From positions 216,404 through 280,403 of the forward strand of contig RDEW01000032.1 in NCBI GenBank assembly GCA_011109175.1: a stretch of DNA of 64,000 bases, written 5' to 3'. Numbering within the stretch: the stretch's first letter is position 1; each line of letters opens with the position of its first letter. A program made the position numbers and the translations under genes. Of this stretch, positions 39,540 through 53,365 are shown one piece after another. The notes beneath the pieces were generated by a model. It did not search any database and had not been told where the DNA came from. It saw nothing but the letters and a program-made list of their open reading frames with translations. Source of the stretch: Dicyema japonicum (lineage: Eukaryota > Animalia > Dicyemida).

Positions 39540-40302
39540 ACCATGGACGATGCATTACAAGACTGGGTGCGCCTACTCAGTTTTGCGCCTCATGCTTTTG
39601 AACTTGATCGAGATGATCACGGAAAGGTGTTTCTCGCTGACCAACATTCGTTTTTTTATGAGAGGTACCCAAATCTCCAGTTTCCCATATCTTTAAGCAT
39701 ACGCGGGAGACACATAGTAAAACATGAAGTAGAAGTTCTCCGTCATAAAAATATGTTTACTCTAAGTTAATCGAAGGTAGTACCCGGGCAGCCATCTGGG
39801 CACTTTTCTCAAGTGGAACACGAAAACCACAAGTCCATCCTAGCCCTAACGAATTACTTCAAAGGTATTCAGATAGTTTTGTCTAAACAGTGGTGATTTC
39901 CACATCACTATTTACTTGGTCGAAGGATTCCTTTCTGCTCTTTGTCAGTCCATACTAACCTTAGGAAGCAAATGGACCCCACAATATCCGTACAGGTAAC
40001 AGAGAAGATCCTGGTTATCTTATCATTTATTTCAGCTGATATAAAGGACCACATTCGAACTGGAAATTTTTACTACGATCCTACACACGTTCTTGGAAAG
40101 GGCTCTAATAGAACAGTGCGGCGGATGTGTTTTCCTGGGTTGTGTGTTCTACTATTCCCTGACAGGTGGAGAACATCTTTTCGGGGATTCCTTTAATAGA
40201 CAGGCTCATATTATGGAGGAAGTTGATATTTTGACAAACTCAGTGCTGAACGTGATTTTTGTTAGGTATTTAGATGATAATGCTGCAATCTCTAATTCGT
40301 AA
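39540..40302 (+). pseudogene. IRE1: IRE1-like kinase pseudogene with large internal deletion
   Basis: YDPTHVLGKGSNRTV is fused directly to [31 protein letters not shown], so the kinase core is absent. A hydrophobic segment lies upstream. Confidence 0.65.
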
Positions 40303-40355
40303 GATAGTTAACACAATCGTAGACTATACAACTAACCTTTGTGCCTGGACTAGAC

Positions 40356-42578
40356 CCGTGATTCTCAACCGTGGTGCATGTGCACCATTTTTGGTACATG
40401 AATAATACTCGAATGGTGCATGGAAAAAAATTGGTACATGGTATTATTTTTTAAATATTTTTTATTATCAGTAATTAGTTCATTACGATGGTTAACCATT
40501 ATCATTTGATACTTATAAATACTCGTGTCAATCACATGTCTGGTGGTAATTCTCGTACTCTTCGGATTTATCGTAAAGATTGTCTGAAATATGGATTTAT
40601 CCCTTCCAGTGGATACAATTCTAAGCCTTTTTGTATAATCTGCAAAAATTCTTTTGCCAATAGTTTCATGAAATTGTCAAGATTAACACACCATTTGAGG
40701 ACTAGACATCCAAATCTAATCGGATCTTCGCTTGAATATTTTCAAAATATAAAAAACAAGATTGATGAACCTACTACCCTTCAAAAGTTAATCGCTCATC
40801 ATGCTCTTGCACGAAAAAGTATTCATTTTAACCTATTTCATAGATGTGTTACTTGCATCCTACAAAATTGCCCACATTGTTGCTAAAAATAATGCTACCC
40901 ATGTTTCGGGTGAATCGTTAATAATACCTTTTATCGCAGTTGTTTTACAAGATATGTTGGGACATAATCTATCTGAAATTTTACAAGTAGTGCGACCATT
41001 TTGATGTTCCTAGAATTTACATTTGAGTAATGATACGATTCGTCGCCGAATTGACGAAATGGCTGAAAGCGTCGAGGATTCCTAAAAAATATACTTAGAA
41101 AAACTGTTTTTCCTTGCAGATTGACGAATGTCTGTTATGTGATAATAAATCTATATTAATGGCCTATGTTAGGTAGGTATTTTAAATAATATTTTGCTTA
41201 GATTTTTTGACAAACAAGTAGTTTTTTGTGAAGAGGTTTTGTTTATCAGACCTTTGATAACAGACTCTACCGGAGAGTCAATTTTTAATGTATTGAAAAC
41301 TTATTTTGAAGAAAAAAAATTCCATTTTCCAATTTAATCACATGTGCTACGGACGGTGCAATAGTCATGGTTGGCAAGTACAAAGGATTTGCGTCTTTTT
41401 TGAAACAAAAATGTCAGAATTTAATTCATATTCATTGCGTATTACACCGCCATCATCTGGTTTCAAAAAAAATCTTCGCTTTTTTAAATCAAGTGCTGAA
41501 TCTCGTCATAAAAACGATCAATCGAATTAAAACAAGTCCAAAATCTGATAGGATCTTTAGGAAATTTTGTATAGATAGGAATGAAGATTATTTAAGACTC
41601 TTGTATCATACTAAGTTTATTTTAGAGTTTTTTATATTCTTTAGGTTCGCTGGTTGTCCAAAGGCACTGCTTTACAAAGATTTGTAAACTTTTTACCAGC
41701 TATTTTGGACTTTCTTGAATCGGAAAAAGAAGAGGAATTAGCAAGATCGATTTCAGAAAATGAGAAATATATCTATTATTTAAATTGGATTTTTGATAAA
41801 TTGAATGAAATTTCCTTGAAATTGCAGAGAAATTTTGTAACTATGTTTGACGTCAGAGTTACAATAATTACATTTTGTGAAAAGTTAAAGGATTATAGAC
41901 ATAACATTCAGGAGAATACGATTTTCTATATCCAGTATGTGAAGCATTTAATCAATTTGATATAAAAATTTTTGTTGACCATCTAATTAATTTGGAAAAG
42001 GAAATGACAATCAGATTTGAAGACGTGATTAATATGGAAATACCAAGATGGATGATAAATCCTTTTTTGACTAGCACTGTAGAGGTGCAAATGGATTTGC
42101 AAGATGAATTTATTGGTATTTTTATCATTATTATTTTTATAGAAATTAAATATAATTATTCTTACAAGATTTTGTTTGAAAACCAAGATTTGTCTACCTT
42201 TTGAAGAAAAAAGGAATTTAAAGACAAATATCCAAAGATTTGGGAACAAATAATTAAAATTTTATTATGTTTTCCAACGACATATCTTGTGGAATCAGGA
42301 TTCAGCGTAGTAAACAGGATATTGAGCGATGAACGTAACAAGCTTGATATCTGCTCGCAAAAAGATGTCAGATTATTTTCAACACGCTTAGACCCTGATA
42401 TTCAGAAACTAGTTAAATGCATGAAAACCAAGGCTCTCATTAAATAGTTAAAAAAAGATTTTAAGTCCTAAATTTAATTAAAAGAATAAATAAGTCTTTG
42501 TTTCTTTGGTACACGAAATAACTTGGTTTGGTACACTGATTTTTTTTGGTACACCAAAAAAAAGGTTGAGAATCACTG
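40356..42578 (+). mobile_element. hAT/Buster transposon, 2,223 bp, decayed intron-containing transposase
   Basis: TIRs ccgtgattctcaacc / ggttgagaatcactg and a perfect TSD gactagac (40348-40355, 42579-42586). BED finger, LSNDTIRRRIDEMA, HCVLHRH, VRWLSKG and FPTTYLVESGFS motifs. Confidence 0.95.
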
Positions 42579-43199
42579 GACTAGACCATATACACATCCT
42601 TTTACTTCTTAATTTTGATGTTTTGAACCTTGTCGTATTAGAGCGACGGATATTCCTGTATCTCCATTCTAGGACACTCTTCTATTCTCGAACCAGTTGG
42701 TCCTCACAGGCTTGAAGGCTGGACAGGAAACGACTAGATGGGATGAGCATTTTACCCGTTGAAGCTTGGAAACTATGTCTGGGACGTCACCTGAACCGAC
42801 AACTTGCCACTTGCAATCTACTCCAGAGTTTTGTTACCCATTATTTTTTTCACTTGAAGTGACCGGGGTAAATAAATAATAAATTCAAGAGAATATATTC
42901 AACAATAAAGACTTATCAAATGGATAAGACGATTCCTGAGACGCTTGATAATAATAGAGGTATATCTTCCCATGATCCCTCTCCGTAGATCACAGCATCA
43001 AAATGTCAAAAACAGATAAAAATTAGACGAAGAGCATATATCAATAGGATATAAAATTAGCATGCAGCAGGAAAATGACGGTAATCAAAATACAAGGTTT
43101 TCATTGAATAATAAAATTTCTTCCAAAAATACAAAATATGAATTTAATTTTAAAAAATAGTTTAATTTGGCAACGAGTCCACGGTATGGACGGTGACAG

Positions 43200-43700
43200 T
43201 TAATATGAAAATAATACTGGATATCATAAAATGTGCCAGAAATCGATTAAAAAATTCATAATATTTGGAAAATCAATAATTCTACATGCGAATAATGGCA
43301 AAGAATTTGTGAATGATAAAACTTCCGAATTATGTTTGGACAAACGGATTAAACATGTCAGGGATCTGGCAAAGATACCTTGGGTACAAGGCCAAGTAGA
43401 AAATTTAGTAAAACAACATTCGATGATGACAAGTTCGTCAATTCAGGGTACATTCAACTACGTCTCATGCACCCTTTGAACTTATGTTTGGTGATAAAAC
43501 AGAGGAAATTTTGGACATGCCTTACTCAGAGAAAGAAATCGACGAATTATTCAAAAAAATGGATTCATGTTATGTGGAAGAACAAAATGACGCAAGTGTG
43601 TACATTTTTTGGTTTTGGACGGCAAATAGAGTTACAGGGACGTTTTATAAGTTGTCAAATTGAAGAAATACCACGTGGACAATCTCCCGTGAAAAAATGA
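43200..43700 (+). mobile_element. DDE integrase remnant (Ginger/KRBA2-like rve)
   Basis: FIIFGKSIILHANNGKEFVN...IKHV...PWVQGQVEN resembles FG.P.ILHSDNG.EF...PQSQG.VER. Confidence 0.65.
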
Positions 43701-46700
43701 GAGAATGTGCCAGGGGAGAAGAAATATGTCAGGAGAGTCGCTTGTAATATCCTGTTCCAACTACGACGAAAATCGTACGACGACTAAGGCTGTCGAGTTT
43801 TTCAATCTCGCGGAGTAAAGATGTTAAGAAAGAGGTTATGGAAAATTGACATAACGATTTTTGAATTAACGTTCTGTCCTTGGAGAGAACCCTGTATGGG
43901 CAGGCATGCCAGGGGGAGTAACAGTTAGCAATCACTGGCTCCTCTTGTAGTCGTGAACGCATTGTCTACCAAGACATACGTATTTATTTAACTTTAGGGT
44001 CTCAGCCTTCTCCGAAGCAAAGCCCGAGTTAGTTGCTGTCGTTGGAAGGTTGGAGGGAGAGAAGCTATCGACACAAGTAACGTCTAGGAAAGGTATTTAC
44101 CACTTTCCCATGGAAGAAAATGGTTCTGCCCAGATTTGGTTAGCTTGAGCAAGTCCAAGCCGCTCCAATTGGACAGGAAACGTATCTCTTAGTGGACAGT
44201 TCATTTTGAACCAGTTGCCGTGGAAACGGATCATAGGGAAAAAGTCACTGGTCCTGCTAAACAGAACCGGCTCATCGCCAGGAAAATAATGATAGGAGAG
44301 AAAGGAGCTGGCTCATTGAGTGCATTTCCTTGCAATTCGTCAGGGAAATTCCTCAATTATGAGAGCAGCCAGCATTTGTTAACTGTTAATTTTTGCGTTA
44401 TATAAAATTGGTTAATTCTCAAAAAAATTAAATTTTCGTACACGTGCCAGTTCTGTAAGGAGACGGAAACCCGCTTAGCCTGTCCTTTTCCAAGGCAAAA
44501 GAAAGTCGATTGGCTATGAAGGTCCCCTCCCCAATGGGATTCATCTGCAGGGGTAAAAGAAGGCTCTCTCGTACGGAGTGTGAACAATAAGAGACCACAA
44601 TGTTGGATAAATCGTTTGATTGCGGGAACTGTGATTACTTGACTGTTTGTTCAGATTTGTTTATTACAGTTGTAGTACCTATCGGGGTTGGTATGAGACA
44701 ATCTTCGGCGGACGACCTGGACTACTAAGAAAACTAGCGCGAAACAGAGGATCATGGTCGAGGCTGACGGAGAGGATGATTTGGAATACGGAAAGGAAAC
44801 TTAACAAATTTTATGTTTTCTCGGAGTGCTTTTTGATAATAAAATGTAGTAGTTTTGAAAAAGCATTAGATTCAGAAATGCTCTCTTTATTAAGTTTTCC
44901 TACTCCCTAGAGAAGTTCCATAATGACAGATATGGACGGAAGTGATGCTCGAACAAAATGTGTCTTTTTATGACCGTGGGAACCGGGATCATTTACTTAG
45001 TTGCCAACTCTCTTTCTTTTTAATCTGGCGATCCCAAAACAATAAATATTAAGTTGAAATATGTACTACAATAATATATATATTTTACAATTTTTTAGTA
45101 CTGAAATTAATAGTTTCCTTGGGATTCAAAAAACGTGTTATTGAGTGGTTTTTGGTGCATAGAATAGTATTGGTATGCATAATCCCAATCTCTGCATCTC
45201 CTAAGTATCATCCCTCTGTATCCCCTGAGTAGCATCTTCATCTGTTTTTCGAATATCCTGTTCCAACTACGAGGAAAATCGTACCGATATGGCACTGCTC
45301 GTCATACCTCTGCATATGAAGGGAGGTACCCATAAGCACGTGAATACTTCGGGTTTCTCTTGCGCAGTGCTCCTTGCTATCCTTTAACTAAGGAGGAATT
45401 TGCAAGGTTTGCGGAACTATCGAAAATCTTATTCGAGGTTTCAAAGACCGCACTAAAGTATCTGGGACTTATCTTCAAAAATAACCCTGTGTTTGTTAAT
45501 TTCTTGGGGAGACAGTCCGGTAGAAGTCAATTGATGAGCGCTACCGTTTCGTATTACTTTCCATCACTTAATTAGAACTGTTAATTTATAATAACTTACT
45601 TATCTTCTAACTAGTTTTTATATCCCATTTTTCTTTTTATAGGTTTCCGTATTTCATCAAAGTCATCCGTTTTTTTCAGTTGTTCCCAATTCAGGCATAA
45701 TCGTGATGCAGACAAGAAAAAGTGCAACAAAAGGCCTTCGTAGCACTTTTTTAAATCCAAAATTAATTCTTTTTTTAACTTTTTATTTATTTATTTAAAA
45801 ATTACAATTTATTTGATGTTGAGATCACACTATGTTTAGAGATAATTTAAACCAAAAGCATAGCTCTATTTTTACTCTGTGGCGTCAATCTGGTCATTTT
45901 CACGATTGCGTTAGAAGCCGCAGAAATCCGTAAATATCAATAGAAACCCACGCCTATTTGATTTCTGCACATAAAGAGCGTCGTGGATACAGTAAAGAGT
46001 GGTAACTATTGAGAGCCTTGCTGAATCCTCGCGTGTCTGTTGTGGAATACCGGGATAACTTGATCAGCGTTTCTCTTTGGGTTAAAGCCAATAAACTAAA
46101 GTTTTTCATTTTAACCAATAAATGGCTATTCAGACAGAGAACAAGCATCTTTTGGAGTGCCTAGAAGGATGCGAATTTCCACTTTATCTTTTGCAAGCTT
46201 CAATGCAAGTCCTCAATTACGGTAGTTGATCCACGTGGCTATTTCTTCAAACTGAAAATTTATAAAGCCGTCTGAAGTAAACAGGTTAGGTAGGAAAGGT
46301 TTTTTCATGTTAAATTGACACTGAGCACCGCCACAGCAGGTGAACCGCATGATGTAGAGGAACCTTCCAGAAAACGATAATCACTGGTGGATAGTTCGAG
46401 GAGAACTTTGAAATTGGTAAAGCTGAGTCACTCAATCAGTTGAATTTAACACTTTATTTCTGGGTTGTCTTCAAGATGGCGACGAGTTCTTCTGGCTGAA
46501 GGGGATCCTCCTACCTTTTCCATGACCAACTCCCTGGTAAAGATTCCCAATATGTAGACTCTTCCGCCTAAGAATGAAGTGATGTCTGGCCGATAGGGCG
46601 ATGCTGAAGATGGTAGAGGGGCGATCTACTTATCCACCTCTATTCGGAAACAGCTACACGTGGACACTTGGTTAGACGAAAATTTTTATTTTCTAGTTGT

Positions 46701-47439
46701 TGCCTGCTTACCTTCTATTATTGGAAACTTAAAAATTGAAATAATGGCACTACAAACGTTTCCGTGATAGAAACCTGAAAAGTAACTAAAATATAAGCTG
46801 ACTCCACCCCAATGAGAAGTGGAACTAGTATCCTCATCGGTATTGACCTCTTTCGTCGTTTTGGGTCACTTAGCTGATGGCATTCTGTTTTACACTATAA
46901 CTTTGGGTCAATGAATAAATACTAAAACGTAAGAACTTGTTTTGGGATACTTTCGTAGCGGGATAAGATAGTTCTGTAGGATGAGTTCAATTTATTATTG
47001 ATGATCGAATTAAACTCAACTGGGTTACCATTAAGCTTTAAATTTTAGATTTTTGTTAATATTTCAATATCGTTAAACCATTTGTACAAGTATTCTATAA
47101 AATTCAAATTATTTTTTAATTAAATTTAAATTATATAAAAAATAATTAAATTAATATTGGGAGGCTGAATCTCCAGGCTGTTTCCTCTGAAAATAGCCAT
47201 CACTTAATGTCACAAAAGTGATGGAACGTCTAGTGGACAAACAGCACAACTTCCTAAAAATGGCAAAGTCTTCAGGAAGCCCCCAAGAAGAGTTGATTCT
47301 TGCCTAAATGAGTGTACTCGTAAAATTGAACACAAACCTCCTCCCTTTTGAACTTCTTGAAAGATTCCAGACAAAGCTGGAACAGGGGAAGATCATTGAC
47401 ATCGGGATCATTTAATTAGACGATAAATCTTTCCTCTTC

Positions 47440-47900
47440 TTGTGTTCCCGAGGTTATAAAATAATCGCTAGTGAGATGCCATCCTGTCTCACATATATCC
47501 TTGTTGACTTTTTGGATCATATTCCTTTAAATTAAAAATTAATCCCATCATTGCTTCATAAAAGGTCAGCGATATCTTATAAATGGGGAGGGTCCCGATG
47601 ATTTATCCTTTAATAAAGGAGTGTTGAAGAGGTTGGTTAATAAAATAACTTGACGAGGTAAAAGTGAAATCCAGTCTGTTGAGCAGCACCGAGTTTGTTC
47701 CTATATTCTGTTCCTTCCTTCTTCGTTCAATTATCGTCTTCATGTGATCAATTTGTCTCAGTCCGCATCTATACCATGATGGCACAAAAAATGATCATTC
47801 GCTCTCATTTCACAGGTCATTGGAAGGAGTCCACAACTATAGTTTCGATGCACGTGTGTGCTAAGAAGACCCGTCATCTGCGTCCGTGACATAGAGAATT
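47440..47900 (-). mobile_element. RTE-like RT remnant
   Basis: The minus strand shows degraded QIDHMKTIIERR...LDF and VRQ..ISL (GVRQG-like) blocks. Confidence 0.45.
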
Positions 47901-50031
47901 GAATATACTTAATTATTTGTTTATTGATAACTTCAGTCTCGGTTTATTAAGGAGTCGATAAAATTTTAATTAGTAGACACATTATAAATATTAATAGTCT
48001 GTTATAAATAGAAAGTTATTTTATTTTTGGCAGGCTGGCTGATAGTTTCGACTACTGCGCTGGTGACTGTACTGTCGCTGGTGTGGTTATTGAGACAGTT
48101 GGCTGGCTAGCCCACCCGTAGGGCTTATGCCTGCTTCATAAAAGGAAAGCGAAGAGGGTGTCTTGCTTTATATTTTTCGTATCGTTCGTGTATATTTTAT
48201 AAAATCGCTAGTTCAAATCCCATTTGGCGATTTAAATATAACGACCAAAATTGTTTTAATGAAGTTTAAATCAGTGCTCAATCGATCACCTCTATGAAAT
48301 ATAACAGCTTTATCGAATAATTAATTGTTAGGTTACCCACATTGCATGTTCAGTGCCGGCAGGCTATAATGGAACTTATGACAAATTAATCATATTTTAA
48401 GTGAATATAATTTAAAAAACAATCAATAATTAAATTAAATTAACACAGCCAACCATCCAAAGTGGACCTCGCTGACATTATCGATGTTGCGTTACCTCGC
48501 ACGGTTGCAACAGAGATCAACTGGAGAAGCCACCGGGTCTCACTTGCATCGTGGCTTTTTAGTGTAGCTAGGCGTCCAAGTTTTTTAGGGAAAGCGATTT
48601 TCCACTTATTCCTCCAGTTGTCTCGACCATGAAAAAAACTGACGTATTCGTAATTTTTTTAATTTTTAAAAACTGCTGCAATTTCGCCTTCTACATTTAT
48701 ATAATTGGCCATATCTTAACCATACTAAGTCGTCAGCTCCAACTACCAGCAAGATACAGATGCACATTCATCTTGATAATTTTTGACTTTTTGCTCGACA
48801 ATCATCCTGTCAAGTGATATCCTAAGCGCAACAGATTGGATGTAACCCCCTTATCAGGTTATCAATTGATAAAGCCTCCATATAATTCTCATATTACTTA
48901 GAGATCTCATGATGAAACAATCAGGATGACTCTACTGGATCCTCATAAAGTGGAGTTTCCTCTTCATGTACACCGTTTTAGAAAACAGATCCATGAACAA
49001 ATTTAGCTTAAATCACATAAAAATTAATTTTCTTAAATCACATAAATATCAACACGTGGGATCACTGTATGCAATTGAAACAGAAAATTTACGAATATTG
49101 ATTAAGACAACGCAAAAACATCCCGATTACCGCAAACTTATTGTTCTGAGATTTATCGAACTTAATCGAGTGATCAACGAATCTCCCATCTATTTACCAG
49201 GAAGATTGCTTCTGTTCTCCCATTAAGCAACACAAAGTTATCCATCGTCTCTTTTTCTGTTTTTTCGTTCCAATCATCAGCAATAATATGAATTGAGACA
49301 AGAACTGGGCAGACATGTGAAAAGTCCTTATAAAACGTCTCTAACTCCTCTATATAATTTCAGGAGAGGCACAAACTATTGTGTCCATGGCTTCTTTCAA
49401 AATGACTTCCAATTATTTTTGTCAAGTTTTAGACAAATTCATTAAAAAACATCACGAGATTTAACCAAAACGACTTTTTTAAGTAAAAAAGTCATTTATA
49501 AATATTATAAAAAACAGACATCACTTCATTCATAGGCGGAAGAGTTTTCATAATGGTAATTTTAATCAGTAAAGTTGGCCAAGAGATTTCAGGTAGATCC
49601 GTAATTTTTTGATAAATAAACGGATTTATCTCAATGAACGATAATAAGGTGATAACAGTTACATTTATAAGAAGGATGTTTGGAGAGCAATTCACAAAAG
49701 AAAATATACACCGGCCTATTTTACCCCCAGTCTTTCAAGTGAAAGAAACTATAGCTGGCAAGAACGTAAAATACAAAAACAGACGCTCCCGTATAACCAA
49801 TAAGGTGGTGTTGTGGGGAGGAAATTGAAACTGAACTAAGACATAATGGGGACCTATCCGATCCTGGTAGAAGCGGGATTGATGGAGCAACGAATTCTAC
49901 ACAAAATTTAGAAATTTTTGACTAAAATTATAATTTAATAAATTAAGAATGCAGTTTTAGAAAGATAAAAAAATGCATAATCACTACATGATTTGTCGAC
50001 GACATCATTTACTTCTCAATGCAATAGAAGT

Positions 50032-50260
50032 CGGCGATTTTTTTGCACTTCAAATTACCGGTACCCATGTAGAGATGCATGACCTTAGAGAACGGCCTGG
50101 CATAGTTCCACGCTTCGGTGATTTCTTTGCATTTCAGATTACCGCTACTCGATGTAGAGATGCATGACCTTAGAGAACGGCCTGGAATAGTGCCACGCTT
50201 CCAACGTGTGTATTTATGACCTTTGGGAGCGACCTGACATAGTGCCACACTTCCAACGTG
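50032..50260 (+). repeat. Tandem repeat: two 84-bp units plus a 52-bp sub-duplication
   Basis: Units start at 50032 and 50116. atagtgccac(g/a)cttccaacgtg occurs at 50187 and 50239. Confidence 0.85.
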
Positions 50261-50809
50261 AACATGGGGATCCCCAGTTTCTAAAACTCTTTTAACACGT
50301 TTTTACACGACTTACTCAGCCATGGAAGTAGGATTCATTGCTTCTAACACACGCTGACGATTTTATCATCCGAGTAGGAATGGATGCGTAAATATGGCAA
50401 AATCAGTTGATTATCTTCTAAAGTTATGTGTTTTGACTGCAAATAGGCCATGACCCATAATCCAGTAAAAGTGCGGCATTATTATCATCAAAAATCCGAT
50501 ATTTTGAAGGGCCAATATTGTCCTATGACCTTTTTCCTTCCTTCCATATTCTATATTTCCTTAAATCGCAACATTTTATAACTTCCAGTCTTTTGCTTAT
50601 TCTTGTAGAAATCAAATTCTTATATCAATGTGTCTCATAATAAGATCCAGACAATGTTTCCATGGTGATAGGCCCACCTAATTTTTCGTTCAATGGAACA
50701 TTCCAGAACATGTGCGTTACGGAATTAATTAGCCACTAAAGAAAAACTTCAAATTAAAGGATTAATCATAAATAACAATAGTCAATCAAAAATAGAGGCA
50801 AATCAATAA

Positions 50810-51287
50810 TTACTCATAGATGAAGGGGTTAAGAATAGAATCCCATTGAACAATCTCGTTTTCAGTGAACCAAATAGCAATTTCCGCATTAGCGCTAGCC
50901 ACTGAGTCACTTCCGTGAATTATGTTCCTTCCCTTGTCGATTCCGTAGTCTCCTCTAATAGTTCCTGGTTTAGATTCCTGTGGGTCAGTCGCACCAATCA
51001 TGATACGAGCAGCTTTAATCACGTTTTTCCCTTCAAAAACCTGAATGTTTTATACATAAACCTACCATTGGCACAACAGGTCCCGAAGAAGACATGTACT
51101 CAATCATCCCAGGATAAAATGACAAATTTTTTAATTCTTTGTAATGTTCGCTAAGAATTTCACTGGTTGGCCAAACAAATTTCATTGCCACTAGCCTGTA
51201 GCCCCTTGTCTCGAACCGAGAAATAATTTTTCCAACCAATCCTCTTTGAACACCATCAGGCTTGATCATAAGGAATGTCCGCTCCAT
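50810..51287 (-). CDS. NME1/2: Nucleoside diphosphate kinase, group I, 150 aa, 2 exons
   Basis: [18 protein letters not shown]...GPVVPM|VFEG...GTIRGDYG...RNIIHGSDS, with a 25-nt intron at 51041-51065. Confidence 0.96.
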
Positions 51288-51414
51288 TTTTTAATAACAT
51301 CAATAAACGTGATAACTTTATTTAATCAGGTTAACCAACGTAGAAAAATTTAATTATTATTATTTCTATTAAATTCAAATATTAAATTAATTTATGTGTA
51401 CTTTATTGTTTTTT

Positions 51415-51740
51415 GGGTGGCATATTGGTTGTGGTTAGGTGTCAGGCAAAGTGACTTAGGTTACGGGTTCGATTTTCGCTGCTGTTCACCTGATGGAAGG
51501 TTCCACGCATCTACGATGCTAAAAAGGCTTGACGAATGACTCCGTCATCAGTGGATTCTCACTGCGGAACTGGATAGTCAAAAAAGACCACACACAAGAA
51601 AAAGAATATAGAACAGAAGATCATTCCTTGGTTCAACGATTAGTTAAAATTAACTGTTTTTTACTTAAATAAAGTGTGTGTCCTGCCTATGCGGAGCTAT
51701 AAATACCACGGCTCCGTGAAATAGGCTGTTATTATTATTT
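51415..51740 (+). mobile_element. tRNA-derived SINE, family B
   Basis: B-box ggttcgatt. Body and (TTA)n tail match 13711-14070. Confidence 0.85.
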
Positions 51741-51802
51741 TTTCGTATTTGATGATTTTTATTTCAAAAGTTCTGGTATTCGACGTTACTATTTTTTATT
51801 AA

Positions 51803-52120
51803 GCCGCGTGGCGCCATGTGGTGCTGCGTGGTTAATTGGTTGAAGTTTTCTGCTTGCTTGTCTGTTCCTCCTCTCTCTTCCTATTAGAGTGGCGTCATGT
51901 GATCCACCTGTCTAGGTGACGCCCAGTGCCAGGCCGACACGAAAAAGGATCATTTGCTCTTCCCCACTCCACTGGAGGGGTTTCCACAACGTCTTTCCTT
52001 TTGTGCTGATTCCGGATGGACTCTGTTTCTGTAGAAGTGGAAACTGGAACACTTAATTAGTTGTTTACTTTAACTTCTTTCTTGATGTATCCGGGGTTAT
52101 TAAATTAAATAAAATAAAAT
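51803..52120 (+). mobile_element. SINE-like family A copy
   Basis: Near-identical to 24548-24877 apart from a short internal deletion. Confidence 0.85.
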
Positions 52121-53234
52121 TAATTTAGCCTTATGTCATTTTTTCAAGAAAAATGCGTTTTCGATTCTTATTCCAAACTGTTAGTTTATGTCATCTTTTT
52201 GACAAGATAAACGTGCAACAGATCTTGGTCACCATTTTACTTATCAATAAGAGATCTGATACACATTAACTTAATCGTCTAGTCTTGAGGTTCTCATGGG
52301 CTGATTTTAGTAGGCTTGTGCTTCCATCTTCCTACAGTATCATCATAGCTAACAACATTGATTACTGATGGAACGACTTTTAGAAAATCCTATTCAAAAA
52401 AAATTAAAATTAGACTAATCAACACTGACGAACCTGTCTGGCTGCTGAGAGAGCCAAGGAGACTGGTTTATGGATCTATGCTCCTCCTCAGATCGAATTT
52501 ATTAAAAATCCCCATCAACGAAGATACTGTAGCTTCGGTATTTCTATCTGGGATTGATTGAAAATTTGTAAGACATATGTTACGGAACCATCGATACCTA
52601 TGAAACCCTGAATTTTTTCCGAATAAGGGTAGAGAGATTTCCGAGACATAATTCATTAAATTATGCCTTTAAACTGTCAATCAACACTTTACACAACCTC
52701 TCCTAGTTGACAACAAACCAGTTTTCGAATGTCCATCACTTATAAAATGTCCATTTACCACGTCGAAAACGACTGATATATCGGAGAAACAAGCTTCATA
52801 ACCGCTGTTCTCTTACAAGTAAGTCAGGCCAGAGTAACCTAGTTAACTTTACTTTAAGTCAATATGACAATTAAGCCACTTGGAGATACCAAGAGACCCA
52901 TCTAATTTTATGAACAGCACTGTTTTAACAAAATAAATTTAAGATTGTCGTTTTTATAAGTATTTGTAATTAAAAAATTCAAGCTATTTTTTGGGATTAC
53001 AGTTACATTTTCCTAAACACGTCGGTTCATCATGTAAATCCATAGCAGTATGGTACATCAAGCGATGATATGGTAGCCGTATAGTCCCTCATGTAAATCC
53101 ATATCTGCGCAAGTATCTCTATTTTAACTAATATTTGGGAAAAAACATTAACTAATTGGTAAAATGCCATCATTTAAGTTGGTTACGGTTGAATAATGAG
53201 ATATGGAATCGTACTTCAGCTCAGTGGCCTATAA

Positions 53235-53365
53235 GGAAAGCCACTAATAATGAACATGGATCTAAGACATGTTAAACTGGCATTAGAAGACGCAGGGATC
53301 TAGAAAGACTCAGAAAAATCTCAATCTCGAGAAGAGCGTGGAGGTGTCTAGCAGACCGGAGTGGT
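53235..53365 (+). repeat. LINE-like 3' fragment duplicated at 63450-63560
   Basis: Shared sequence tggcattagaagac...aatctcgagaagagcgtggaggtgtcta.cagaccgg. Confidence 0.7.
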
